A stretch of 64,000 nucleotides of DNA from Lama guanicoe (taxonomy: Eukaryota): positions 1,395,654 through 1,459,653 of the forward strand of contig MU053594.1 in the NCBI GenBank assembly GCA_013239625.1, given 5' to 3'. The position numbers and the translations under genes are program-made. The notes under the pieces were generated by a model that did no database searches, was not told the DNA's origin, and saw only the letters and a list, made by a program, of their open reading frames with translations. Below are positions 36,127-47,800 of the stretch, in pieces (the stretch's first letter is position 1; every line of letters begins with the position of its first letter).

Positions 36127-37102
36127 GAAGAGTTTTCGTCTCAGAGCCCCTCTGCCCTTGGCTCTTATAGTGAGGTAAAATGGACTTCTCTACCCAAAGA
36201 TTTGGAAGCAAGTGTTTGAGAATAACATCTTTAATTATCATAAAACGTAAAGGATCTTTGTATCATAGTCCAGAATAGGAGGGGAAATTTTTTCACAAGA
36301 AACAGAGTCAAAATTAAGTTGCTAAAAAGAAATGAGTGTTGTTGGAAGGAAATTAATCTCTCTTAATTAGGACACTAAGGGGTGAAACAAGCCTTTGCTC
36401 CAAACGGGCTTTGCCCCCAAGCCCTGCCACTGCCACCTTGTTCCCCAGCCCTTGGACCAGAATGCACCCTTTCCTCCTCACCCACCCCATGGATCCAGCC
36501 ATCATTGAGGCCACAGTCCACACCACCGCCCATACGCACCTGCAGAAAGTAGGCCAAAGAGCACAGCTCTCAAGTGTATGGACACCAAGACCGAACCCAG
36601 CCAAAAAAATCCACATGGGCTTTGCTTTCTCTGTAGGGAAAATGTCCAGGGAAAAAGAGGTGGAGCCAGGACACTAGAGGAAGAAAAGATTAAAAGAAAA
36701 TGGGGAGGAGGAAGGAATATTGTGGTCCAAGCTGGAAATTCACCCACAGCCCAGGAGTGTCTACATGGAAGATGGCATCAGAGTTCAGCTGCAAGGATTC
36801 ACCCCAAGTGTAGGGGAAGGAGCCAGGCAACTAGACAAGGGTTATAACACCCAATTCCTCAGGAAAAGTCTGTTCTCTTTAGGAACAAGCCAGCCAGGAG
36901 GCAGATTCAGAACAAGCAGCAGGCACCACCTCCTGCTCCTCCGGGCAGATGCTTAGCGGGAGAAACTACAAAGTTCATCACCCAACTCCACGCTCCGTGA
37001 AGGCTGGGGGCCAGACACAGACACAGAGGGACACTGACAAGTGGAGACCACCATGTGGATTCCAAATGCAGCTACCAGCGGCCATCACCCAAAAAGAGAC
37101 GC

Positions 37103-37550
37103 TGGGTCAGTCAGGATCCCAAAAGTAAACAGGGGGCACACTCAAATCAGGATGATTCAAGGAAGGTTTAACAAAAGACTATTTACAAAAATGTAGGCAG
37201 GACACAGAGGAAAGGGAGAAGCTGTCACCCAGAGGGATAAGGGAAGAGGCGGTGACCAAAACCTGGAAGGAACAAGCCAGCAGAGAGGGATGCTCTGAGA
37301 GGGGCAGTGGCCGAGGAACGTGGCCAGTCCAAGGCAACCCGGCAGGAAAGAGGCCGAGGACAAATGCCCTGATTTTACAATCCCTGTCCCCTCCCATCAA
37401 CCACCAGGGCTCCCCGTTGGCCAAACTGAATGGAAAGCTGGACGTCGTGGAGCACTTTGACACTGACCATCAGGCCGGCCCCCGGGGGTGAGAGCAGGGC
37501 AGGGAGCTGGGGAGAGAATCCAGCAGAGCAAACGGCGAGTATCTGACCTG
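37103..37550 (-). mobile_element. ERVL LTR (LTR41-like)
   Basis: cagtcagg.tccc...aaacag..ggcacactcaaatc...gactatttacaaa. Confidence 0.55.
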
Positions 37551-39109
37551 TCACCAACATCCACGAGGAGCTTCCTGTGGGTCAGCGAGGCTGCAAGGGG
37601 GCAGGCAAACAGCGCACACTCCTTTCTGCCTCCTACTGATCTCAACACCCTCTACTTCCATATGTAAGTGTGCTGCCAGCACACACACGTACACACCGAT
37701 ACATACACACACGCACACACACGCCCATTCCACACTCATTCACATTCTGCAGAGGCTTCTCCAGCTCAGTCAAAAATTACCGAAGACAAAACCGACGGAA
37801 TTTAAATTAAGGCTAGGGGAAAAAAAACCCTGGAATGATGGGCAGACTTTTCTAATGGTTACTATTTTCAGAAAGCGGACAGTAAATGGCAGGAGAGAGA
37901 AGAGCAGGCCTCCTGAGAGCAGGGATGCTGACCAAAGAGGTCACTCCGTTATTGGAAACAGAAGGGAAAGAGGCCGAGGAGGGTGAGTGGAAAGTGGGGG
38001 CCAGGGAGGCGGCACTTCCCCAGGGAGGGTGAGGTTAGCCCAGACCGCCCCCCTTCCCCTCTCTCATTCTCCCCCCACCTTCCCCACCCTGGCCCCCCTC
38101 CCCCAGCCCAGGAACTAAGCAAGGAGAAAAGCACACGGGATCAGAACATGGAAGTGGACCTGGATTTCTGCTCGGCCCACGAGACTGCCTAGATGTGTGA
38201 CCTTGAATCTGTTCCTAAGGGCGTGCTCCAGGCTATAGGGTGTCTTTGTCCAGATTAGAAGAAGATACTCCCTTAGGGCAGGTAAATAAGAGAACTCCCT
38301 CTGGTTGGACGCAGCACCTCAGGATTCCAGAGTTGGGAAACAGTGAGTGGTTGGATTTCCACCCTCCACCTGCCTTTCTCAACAGGGCACCTTTGTGCAG
38401 TGTCCCAACTGCCCAACTGAACGCGGCAGTCAGCTGTCACTCCACATCTGTACCTCTCAGATCGTCTTCTCCGTAAGTGGGAATAGCATTTACAGAATGT
38501 ACCTTCCTACATAACATCTACCTACACCTGGCATCTATGTAACGAGCAGAAAAGCGGGACCAGGGCAAGGCACGCAATGAGAACCAAGGATTTAGAAGTC
38601 ATTTAGGTCCTCAGGGTACAGCCTACCCAGGACAGAGACTAGGCGGAGCGTGGGGTTCTCAACCGTATGTAAGAGGCCAGTAACTCTTAAAGGAGGAAGC
38701 TGGAGAGTTAGGGACATCCAGTGACTGAATTCTAGGCTACAGCATCATCAGTGTCTTAATACGGAAGCTGAGAAGCTCCCTGCACTTTCTGATCATTGCA
38801 ATGAAGGCCAGGGGCTGTGGGCTCCCAGCCCTGCCAGTTACTAATTGACCCGGGGTAACTCCCCAGCTCCTTCATCTGTTCACAGAGGAACTAACAGAAT
38901 GAAGTGAAAGAATAGATGTGAAAAGGCTTTGTGACTCACGTAGCATTCCAAGGCTGCGTCTTGTTGCTGGATGACAGAACGCTACTTTCCATGACCCCCG
39001 GGCTTTGTTCTGGCCTCCACCTGGGTCTCTTGCTCAGTTTTTAAGTCACTTCACTGTCAGCTTAGGAAGTGGGTTTCCATTGTCTGCCCAGAGCTGGTCC
39101 AGGAAAAAG

Positions 39110-39350
39110 AAGGTTTGTGTTCCAGCCGGAAAACTTTAGGTTAGACTTAAGGAAGAACTTCCTCACGTTGCAACAGGTGAGTAAATGAGCATGTGGACAT
39201 TCTTTCTGGGAGAGAAGGGAAGGGTCTTTCAAAGCAGGAGTGAGCCCCTCAATTGCTGGAAACGTGACTTGGAAGGATGGTTGGATTGACTCCAGGGACA
39301 CTCTGAGCCGTGGAGATAAGAATGATACTTACCAGCTCCTTTTAGGCTCC
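39110..39350 (+). mobile_element. CR1/L3 LINE 3' fragment
   Basis: tttaggttagacttaaggaagaacttcctc translates to FRLDLRKNFL, resembling the CR1 ORF2 C-terminal motif. Confidence 0.55.
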
Positions 39351-40167
39351 CCTCCAGGCTCCAGAGGTTAATGTTTCCATTTAAATGGAAATTGAGTGCA
39401 AAATTATTAGCAACTCTTCAAAAAGAACCAAATTACAAGGGGCTGTTCTTCGTACAATACAAACAGAGCCTCCACGGATGTTCTGCACCTTAACTATTAA
39501 GGTGAGTCCCACTGAAGGTCACTCCTCCACCCGCCGAGAAGCCAGACCCCAGGAAATGTTTTACTGGGAACACAGGCTCTGTGCGGCCAGAGAACTCCCC
39601 TGGTGGGCCGAGGAGGACGGTCAGACCCTCCAAGAACATTTGCAGAATACGGGCCACACCAGCCTCACCTCCCAGGGCAATGACTGGCATTCCAAGTCAG
39701 TCCTCATTATTTGAGATTCAGTATTTTCAAATGCGCCTATTGCTAAATGTATCTGTACGCCCCAAATCGATACTCATGGGACTTCCACAGCCACTCGCGG
39801 ACAGGCACACAGGGAGCAGGAAAATCTGAGCGACCCGGTGCACGTGGTCCCCTCTGAGATGGCACAAGGCGATGCTCGGCCTCCTTGTCCAGCTCAGTCT
39901 GTGAACAAGCATCATTTTCGTGGTCTATTTAGTGTGACATTTTTCATGTTTTTGTGCTTTTGCGTGTGTGTGTGCGCGCGTGTGTGTGGTCTCACTGTTT
40001 AAATGGCATTGAGCCTCATGCTGAAGTGCTGTCTAGGTTCCCGAGAGCAAGGAGGCTGGGTGTGCCTCCTGGAGAACGTCCAGACGAGCTTCGTTCAGCA
40101 AGAGTGATCGTGCTGTTGGCCATGAGTTCAGTGTAGTGAACCAACGATACGTATTAACTAAGGTGTC

Positions 40168-40909
40168 AACTCACAGACATAGATAGAAAACAAACTTATG
40201 GTTCCCAGGGGTGAAAGGAGGTGGAAAGGGATAAATTAGGAGTTTGGGATTTGCAGGTACTAACTACTACATATAATATAGATAAACAAAATTTTCTACT
40301 GTACAGCCCAGGGAACTATATTCAATATCTTCCAGCAACCTATAATGAAAAAGAATATGAAATGAATATATGTATGTATATGTATGACTGAAACATTATG
40401 CTGTACACCAGAAATTGACACAACATTGTAAACTTGTTACCAAAGGCAAGGTCATGTGCCCGTGGCACCGTGAGGCCAAACGAACTGAAACATGGGAGTT
40501 TGGAGCAGAGAAATGGTTATTACAGGGCCGAGCAAGGAGGACGGGGTGGCTTATGCCCAAGAAAACTTTGAACTCCCTGAAGGGTTTCAGCAAAGCGTAT
40601 TTAAAGGTCAGGTGAGGGAGGGGGTTTGCAGGGTGTGTGATCAGCCCGTGCACAGTTCTCTGACTGGCTGATGTCGAGGGAACAGGGCAGTCAACACTAT
40701 CAACCCCTAGGCGCCAGAAGGTCTGGGAGCTACAAGCTAGATCATCAAGTAGTTCATTTCTTCCCTTTGGTGGCGATTCTTAGCATCTGAAAAGCTCAGG
40801 AAATGTACATGAGATACTATTATCTGGGTGCTTCAGAGAGGAGCTGCAGCAGAGGATATAGGGGAGGGATCTGACCCTGGAACTGACTATACTTCAATTA
40901 AAAAAATAA
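40168..40909 (+). mobile_element. Young L1 3' UTR nested in MER82 and interrupted by an LTR
   Basis: L1 3' UTR at 40168-40434 and 40881-40909; TSD aactaaggtgtc (40156-40167) / aaataaggtgtc (40910-40921). Confidence 0.92.
40435..40880 (-). mobile_element. ERV1-type solo LTR, one end truncated
   Basis: Starts tgttac on +; aact flanks both sides (40431-40434, 40881-40884); minus strand has tttaaata and aataaccatttctctgctccaaactc. Confidence 0.85.
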
Positions 40910-41249
40910 AAATAAGGTGTCTTTGGACAGAAACACAGAAAACAAGGGTGTGTATCTAATGATGGACAGCAGTGTGGTGACCAAGGCTCAGAGGAAACTT
41001 ACTTGGTCTTGGCCCACGAGCAGCAGTTCATCACTTGCTAACTCAGCATCATGGAGACTTTATGGAAACCAGACTCTGCAGAGAAAGAGGACTGACCGGC
41101 GTAGGTGTTCCGCTAGAAGGAATTACAACTTCACGCGGTTGTCTCGGGGCTCCAACGAGGAGGCACTGTTGTCAATAAAAGGTAAGCCATACCAGTGGGT
41201 TTTGCCTCCCAAAGGTAGAAACGAGAGCAGTTGCTTCCCCAGCCTCCTT

Positions 41250-41598
41250 TGCAGCTAAGACATGGCAGGTGGCTGAGGACAACAGGGATGACCAAGGTCA
41301 CACTCCTGGACCAGATGTGGCATTGATGCTGCGGGCAGCTGTGGTGGTGATCGTCCGGTTCCTGGCAGCCCGGCAAATCTCAGCATCCAGTTGGCAGCAG
41401 CAGTAGTAACAACAGTTTTCTCATCAGGCCAGTTCCACAGCCTGTGATGGAACATTATTCTGGAAGTGTGGCCTTACTCCGGGTTCACCTGGCTCCGCTG
41501 ATTCAGCGAGACACCCAACATCCTTGTACCAAATCTTTCCCACTTCATCAACCAGAATCACCTTCTACTGCTTACAACTAAGACCCTCGATTCTTACA
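41250..41598 (+). mobile_element. Old ERVL/MaLR-type LTR fragment
   Basis: 3' end aaatctttccc...ccagaatc..ttctactgcttacaactaagaccct...taca. Confidence 0.5.
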
Positions 41599-42690
41599 GG
41601 TGAGAATCACAGGGACATGTGTGACAATTTAGAAGCTGAGATTTACTGAGATCTCTTAATAAATCTGTGCAGTCCCTTTAAATTCCCTGTAACCCTGGCC
41701 CTGCTTCAAAGAGGAAAACCTCAGACTCAAATGGTTTCTAGGCACGAAGAACAGGCAGTGGCCCTGCAGTGAGAGCGGAGAAGGAGGGGTGAAGAGCATC
41801 CAAGCATCTGTCCAGACAGCTTCTTTCGCAGCAGGGGTCCAGGCGGTCTTGGGATGATTCCAAAAGCGGGCTCCAGGGACCACAGCTACAGGCTGGGACC
41901 AAAGGCCCTCCCTCGGGCAGCTGAAGGGACCAAGAGAAGGGACCATGGTCACACCTGGCTCCGGAGCGTGAGGGGTCTGAGGTATCAGGCCAAGGCCAGG
42001 TGGGAGGAGTGATGGGAAAGCCTGGGGAGCTCGGGCCAATGCAGGGGATGTGTTTGCGATTCCTTGGCTGCAACTCCTCCTGCCCAGAGCTTGGAAGCTG
42101 CCACCATTTTAAGCCCTTAAAGGGCCCTGGCACTGCTCACAGAAATGCTGGCAGGGTGCCTGGCTGAGCATAAACAAATTAACCTTCCCAGACTCCTGAG
42201 TGGCTGAAGAAGAAAGGCATGGAAGACTCTGGGAGCCACGCTGGGACGTGCCTACAAGCTCCCCGCTAAGGGTCTTCCTGTTTTCCCGAGACCCTCTGAT
42301 CAGGACAACTGTCTCAGAGAGAGAGCTGGCCTCTAGGCTTAAGGACAGAGGGAAGATGAAGACACGGGGCGGCTTGAATGTGAGTGGTGGGGCTGGAGCC
42401 CCCGAACCGTCCCTCCCAGGCAACTGCCTGGCTCATGTGCAAGAAGAATCAAAGCCACGCTGAGAGAGGGAGAGGGAGGGGAGCCCCGATGGCAAAGCGT
42501 GAGGCTGTGCACCCTCTGCGCCAGACCTCCTCTGGTCCCAGGAGCCAAGGAGGGTCCTTTGCTGTTCAAGCTGGTTTAACAGTCTTACACGTGTTTCATG
42601 TTCTTCATATGCTCACCACCGATGCCCGTGGGAGCCATCTTTTCATGGAAGTTGAGCCATTAAGCTTGTTCTGACAGAGAGGCATCTCTT

Positions 42691-42950
42691 TTATTTTTAA
42701 ATTTTCTAACTTTTTTCTTTCTTCTTTTTTTTATTAAGGTATAGTCAGTTTACCGCGTTGTGTAGTTTCTGGTGTACAGCATAATGTTTCAGTCATATGT
42801 CAACATACATAAATTCTTTTTCGAATTCCTTTTCATTCGATGTGAATAAAGCTCCCTGTGCCACACAGTAGAAACTTGTTGTTTGTCTATTTTATATATA
42901 GTGGCTGGTATCTGCAAACCTCAAACTCCCAATTTATCCCTTCCCACCCT
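42691..42950 (-). mobile_element. Young L1 3' end
   Basis: T-rich tail followed by antisense 3' UTR; perfect 16-bp TSD cagagaggcatctctt at 42675-42690 and 42951-42966. Confidence 0.95.
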
Positions 42951-43569
42951 CAGAGAGGCATCTCTTGTTCATGCTTTATCTGTCAGTACCTCACAACAGC
43001 TCACACAATCCGGACACCCACAAAAATACCAGCCTGAAGTCGTGTACTGGGTTACAGCCTCTTGGAGAAATTGCAGCGTATGTCTGCAGAAGACTTCGGT
43101 CTTTAATTCCACATGGATTTAGCCAGAGAAATATGCAGGCCTCTTGCTCCCCTCTGATCCTTGCCCTTGACTCTGGCAATCCCAGATTGCCAGGCTGGTC
43201 TCAGAAGATGCAGGGAACTGGCTGATTGCCCCTACAAGTCCAGCACTGCAGGAGTCAAATAAAACAAGCCCCGCACCATCACATTTTCTTGGCCGTCACC
43301 CGTTTTGGACCATCCATTTTTAGCTCCAAGCTCAAGCCACACTCCCTGCATTCTTTCCTTGGGATGCTGGCACAGAACTCTAGGCTTCCCCCCAGCTACA
43401 ACCACAGCTTTGTTCTCCTGGAGCATGGAAATCTCTCTCCCTGAGAGCCTAAATCATTGGACTGTTATTAAGACACAGACCCCCACAGGTCTGTGTCCTC
43501 TACTGTGGTCTCCAACAAGCCCCTGGAGGGTCTCCCCTGACGCCCCACAAACTTGTAGGGTCAGGAGGG

Positions 43570-43860
43570 AGGTCACCCAGTCCAATCTCCAACCCAGAAC
43601 CCTCCCTCCACTCTGACAGCCCCCAGTTAGAAAGCTCTTTCTTCTATTGAGCTAAAATTGACCTCTCTTCCACCGCATTCCTTTTCTATCCCATCATAGA
43701 TATAATTCATTCTTATATCTACAGGAAAACCCTAAATTTATTTAAAAACAGATCATTTTGTCCTTAAAAATTTTTTTTCTCTTCCGGCTGAACAATCCAT
43801 TTCCTCTCCTATTCCTTATGGTTTTCAGACCAGAGCCATTCTATTCACCGTGCCTTGATA
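43570..43860 (-). mobile_element. CR1/L3 LINE fragment
   Basis: gttagaaagctctttctt.tattgagctaaaat...tatttaaaaacag.tcat...ttctcttccggctgaaca resembles the antisense L3 ORF2 end. Confidence 0.55.
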
Positions 43861-43999
43861 TTTTATAAACAATGAACTATGTCATAATATCAAGATCAAG
43901 ACCCACTCCAGGTGAAATATTTAAAAAAATCCACATTAGTTAATTATAATTTGATCCTTCTCCACCTCCCTCACTGGCAGAACTCTAGAACTTGAATAG

Positions 44000-44400
44000 T
44001 TGGTGAGACAGAAATGGCTAGTTGCATCCAAATATCTTTTTCCCCTTCTTTATCCTAACAACTTATATTTTATAAGCTGGGCTGCACATTGCAGCCCAGG
44101 TAAAATACTTTAATTCCAATTAAACATTGAAGCTAGGTCACCATGAAACTAATTTCTAACCAAAGAGATGCCAGCAGAAATGTGTAAGAAATTTCCTTCA
44201 AGCCTGTCTAAGAGTGAGAGGGTGAACCCTTCTTTAGCCACCTTCTCCGTTTTGCTTCTGGAACTCAGATGTGATGCCTGGAACTCTAGCAGTCATTTTG
44301 GACCATGAGGATGAAAAAAAAATCTCATCCTGGAGCAATTAGATAGAAGGAGCCTCTACCCCCTGACAACTTTGTGAAGCTGCCACACTACCTCTCAACT
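44000..44400 (+). mobile_element. MaLR LTR (MLT1J-like)
   Basis: gagatgccagcagaaatg, gatgtgatgcctggaactctagcagtcattttggaccatgagg and agatagaaggagcct. Confidence 0.7.
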
Positions 44401-44459
44401 AGGTAATTCTGAGGATAGGGAACTACAGCTCTCATCATAAATTTTTTTGGTTTCTTTTA

Positions 44460-44592
44460 ATTTTTTTTTACATGTTTTTATTTAATTTATTATTACTATT
44501 TTTCCCCTTAACAGAGGCACTGAGGATTGAACCCAGGACCTTGTGCGTGCCAAGTATGTGCTCTACCGCTGAGCTATACCCCCGACTCCCAA
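44460..44592 (-). mobile_element. tRNA-Ala-derived camelid SINE
   Basis: ggattgaacccaggacc...gctctaccgctgagctatacc; TSD gtttctttta at 44450-44459 and 44593-44602. Confidence 0.9.
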
Positions 44593-44693
44593 GTTTCTTT
44601 TATCTTTTCTTTTTTTTTACCACTTTACAAAACTTTGCTGAACATTCTGGGATGTCATAAAGAGATCAGAACAAGGAAAAGCTTAAACCTGAC

Positions 44694-45146
44694 GTTCTAG
44701 TTTCCTGGGTCTGCTACAGCAAGGAATCACGAAGCTGGTGGCCTGAAACACCAGAAGCATATCCTCCCGCAGTTCTGGAGGCCGGATGACTGAAATCAGT
44801 ATCACTCGGTTGAAATCAGTGTCCTCAGGACCTTCCTGACTCTCTCCAGAGGCCATGGGGGAATCTGCTCCTTGCCTCCCTCAGCTTCTGGCGGCTGCCG
44901 GCATCCCTTGGCTGTGGCCACATCACTCCAATCTCTGCCTCTGTGTCAAATTTCCCTCTGCTTTCCTCTTACAAAGATGTGTGTGACTGCACTTGGGGCT
45001 CACCCAAGTAATCCAGGATAATCTCTTCATCTCAAAATCCTTAATCACATAGGCAGAGTCTGTTTTTGCCTAATCATGTAACATTTGCAGGTGCCAAGGA
45101 TTAGGACGAAGGTATCTTTGGGGACCATCATTTTAGCCTTCCACAC
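44694..45146 (-). mobile_element. MaLR LTR (MLT1C/D-like)
   Basis: cagttctggaggc, cagcttctggcggctgccggcatcccttggc, taatccaggataatctc and ccttccaca end. Confidence 0.85.
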
Positions 45147-45201
45147 CTGAGTATTAAATGTGGCTCCTCTCAGAGTTTGACCTATGACCTCATCATGTCT
45201 C

Positions 45202-45482
45202 ATGATTGACAGTGGGATTGACCAAAGGGATGTGGTCTGGTCCTAAGGCTCAGTGATGTCTCATCACGGTGTCCCTCACCCAGCCGTTAACCTGCCACCA
45301 TGCTGTAGAAACAAGCTTGCCATCCTGCACAGTGTCCTGGAGCACGTCTCCCGCAGCCAGAGTGTGGGCTCCTGGCTCCTCCCCACCCACCCCACTGTCA
45401 TCTCCTATACCAGGATTGGCCTCTTCCTTGGATGATTGACAGTGGGATTGACCAAAGGGATGTGGTCTGGTCCTAAGGCTCA
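45202..45482. repeat. Perfect 51-bp direct repeat (45202-45252, 45432-45482) flanking a 179-bp unique insert
   Basis: atgattgacagtgggattgaccaaagggatgtggtctggtcctaaggctca occurs twice with no mismatch. Confidence 0.97.
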
Positions 45483-45599
45483 AAAAGTAAGCCCATCGCC
45501 TCAGAACCCAGAGCTGAAAATTCACCTACTCACTTACTCAAAGGAAGTGAACGCAGTTCGGTGGCAAGCCCGGACTGGAAGCGGAATCGTGTAGGTCTG

Positions 45600-45770
45600 A
45601 GCTATAATCCTGTCATTTGCCAGGTACTTAACCTCTTGGTTTCCTCATCTGTAAAATGGAGATCGAAAGGATAATAATATCTACCTTGCAGGGTTGTTGT
45701 GAGATTTTTTTAAAAATGTGTGCATGTAGCACCAAGCCTGGCTCCCTTGAGAAGCTGGAGAAATGGAGGT
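45600..45770 (+). mobile_element. MIR SINE
   Basis: tacttaacctcttggtttcctcatctgtaaaatgg...ataataatatctaccttgcagggttgttgtgag. Confidence 0.8.
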
Positions 45771-46639
45771 TATGCCTTGTTCATTCCGTTTGCCCTCCCA
45801 GAGCTGACGGAACATCCTACTAATGTTGGAGATGCAGTCATGACAGTCTTGCTCTGCAGGAGCTCACGCCCCGGGTCTGAGCCCCATACAGTCCATCCAC
45901 AAGGGCATGAATGCCCCATTGCAGATCTAAACAAAGTGGTGGGGGAGGAACCCATCTGCCCTTGGGGTGCTTGGCTTGTCACTTTCTCAAAACAGGGCAG
46001 GACAGAAAAAATGTATGGAGAAGAGGGCATTTGTCCAGGTTGCTGCAGTTTAGTATGGCCTGGGGCTGGTAGAAGAATCACCCAACCTCCATGGGACGGA
46101 CGCCAGGCCACTGCACCTTGCCGTGACCCTCTGCTCACTGTTCATATGAGGAAAGGAGCCCCCAGTTTAGGAACTGTAGTTAAATGCTAAAAATTGGAGG
46201 TAAATTAATTAAGATATAACTTAAACAACAGCAGCCTTCCCTCATCAACATTTCCTAAGACAGGATAGGCAGCATTAATTGTGGCAATTAATTAGGCATT
46301 AAACTGATAATGGGTACAGCTGCTAACAATTAACAGCTAATTATGCCAAGCACTTTAACCGTTTCACAAAAGAAATGGAAATTGGAGGGAAGGGAGAGGG
46401 AGATGAAAAGAGAGAAAGCAGTTACCTTGTAAACAAATGAGATGCAGTTAGCTCCGAATGCAGCTGGATCCGGCTATAGAAATGACAGAGAGCTGATACC
46501 AGCCCCGGCCCCAGCGAGGCTGAGCTGCATGGAAGCCACACATGAGCCTGAGTTCGAACAGAAGAGACCTGAGTGGAATTTATCTGAAGACTGAGCAGAG
46601 CCAGCTTGTCCCCAGCTGCCACCGCAGTACTTGGCATAT

Positions 46640-46950
46640 ATTAACCACGTAACCTCACAATACTGCATGGTAGTTACAATTATTATTCCCATTTTATGGA
46701 TGAGGAAACTGAGGCACTGGGAGGTTAAGTGACTTGCCCAAAGTCACGCAGTTCTTTCTTTTTGGGGGGGCGGGGCTCATTTCAGTTTATTGAATGAAGG
46801 AGTTACACGAGTCCAAGTTAAAAGCAGACCCCAAATGGTTACGTTATGCAAGCTGTGAGGTTTTTAAACTTGTTACAAGGGACAAAAGGGAAATACGCAT
46901 TTCTAAGCATTAAGAGTCTAGATTCACATCCAGGCACGTTGGCTCCAGGG
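46640..46950 (-). mobile_element. MIR SINE, host of the EIF1 retrocopy
   Basis: attattccccattttatggatgaggaaactgaggcac...gttaagtgacttgcccaaagtcac; resumes after 46904. Confidence 0.8.
46756..46894 (-). pseudogene. EIF1: 5'-truncated processed pseudogene: ~120 nt of the EIF1 3' UTR plus degenerate tail
   Basis: Minus strand atttccctt..tcccttgt.acaagtttaaaaacctcacagcttg.ataa.gtaaccatttggggtc.gcttttaacttggact.gtgtaactccttcat.caataaactgaaa.gagcc matches my recall of the EIF1 3' UTR. TSD acgcagttct (46746-46755) / acgcatttct (46895-46904). Confidence 0.85.
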
Positions 46951-47616
46951 GACACACCCAAAACAAATGGGCCTCACCATTTGCTCAACTCTTAATCAAA
47001 CCCAGACAGCAATGTTTTATTGAACCATGAGCTCTACCGGTTAAATTTAAGAGAAAAGAATAAAGCACATTGCAAGCAGTTCAAAGTGGAGCTGAGCGTT
47101 TTTGACATGATAAAGCCGAAAGAAATTCATAAATTCAAATCACGCCCAATCCCAACCGGTATTTCAATTTGTGCTCCTAAATGGGAGGTCCTCTCTCCCT
47201 CTTCTCCAGGGAATCTATCATCCTGCTGGGACCTGCCAGCTCCTCAAAGGACCTCAAGATCCTCGTCCCCAGTGGATTTTGCAGTGAACATCATTGGTTG
47301 GTTATCACTCAGGGCTTTTGTTCCCAACAAGCTTTATCTTTATCATCTCATGGGAGAGGGAAGGGAAGGGAATAGAAGAATCAGGCCGAGCTAACCATCC
47401 ACCCATACCCGTACGTTAGTGCGTGGGCATCTGCATGCACACACGCGCACACACACACCTTATTTAGACGATATACTTAAAGAGGGAAGGGATGCAGCAA
47501 AAAGGGTCAAGTCTGCTTCTCTTTACTTAAAGCCAAGAAAGCTAAGGTGCCTTACCTGGTGTTGCGTGGGATGGCAGATAAAGTCAGGGCTGAAAACTTG
47601 CGACCCCATGCTCTGT

Positions 47617-47800
47617 AGGTACATCTCAAGTTTAAACACGCACAAGAATCTCCTGCAGAACTTGTTGGAACACGGATGCCTGGGTTTCTTCCCCAGAGAT
47701 TCCGATTCAGTAGACTTGGGTGAGGCCCAAGAAATTGCATTTCTGATAAGCTCCCAGATGCCGATCGGCTGCTCCACAGATCACGCTCAGAGAACCACTC
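47617..47800. mobile_element. MER5A hAT MITE
   Basis: ccccagagattccgattcagtag...ggcccaagaaattgcatttct.ataagctcccag...gagaaccact. Confidence 0.85.

Larger units (their letters stand above)
39694..41098. mobile_element. Tigger-family MITE (MER82-like), split by L1 and LTR
   Basis: tcctcattatt...ggtctatttagtg...gctgaagtgctgtctag...gtgctgttggccatgagttca; resumes after 40921 with acagaaacaca..aaaacaagg. Confidence 0.85.

Noticed and set aside
45202..45482. CRISPR-like repeat-spacer-repeat
   Set aside because: There are only two repeats with a 179-bp spacer, no cas genes, and the context is mammalian.
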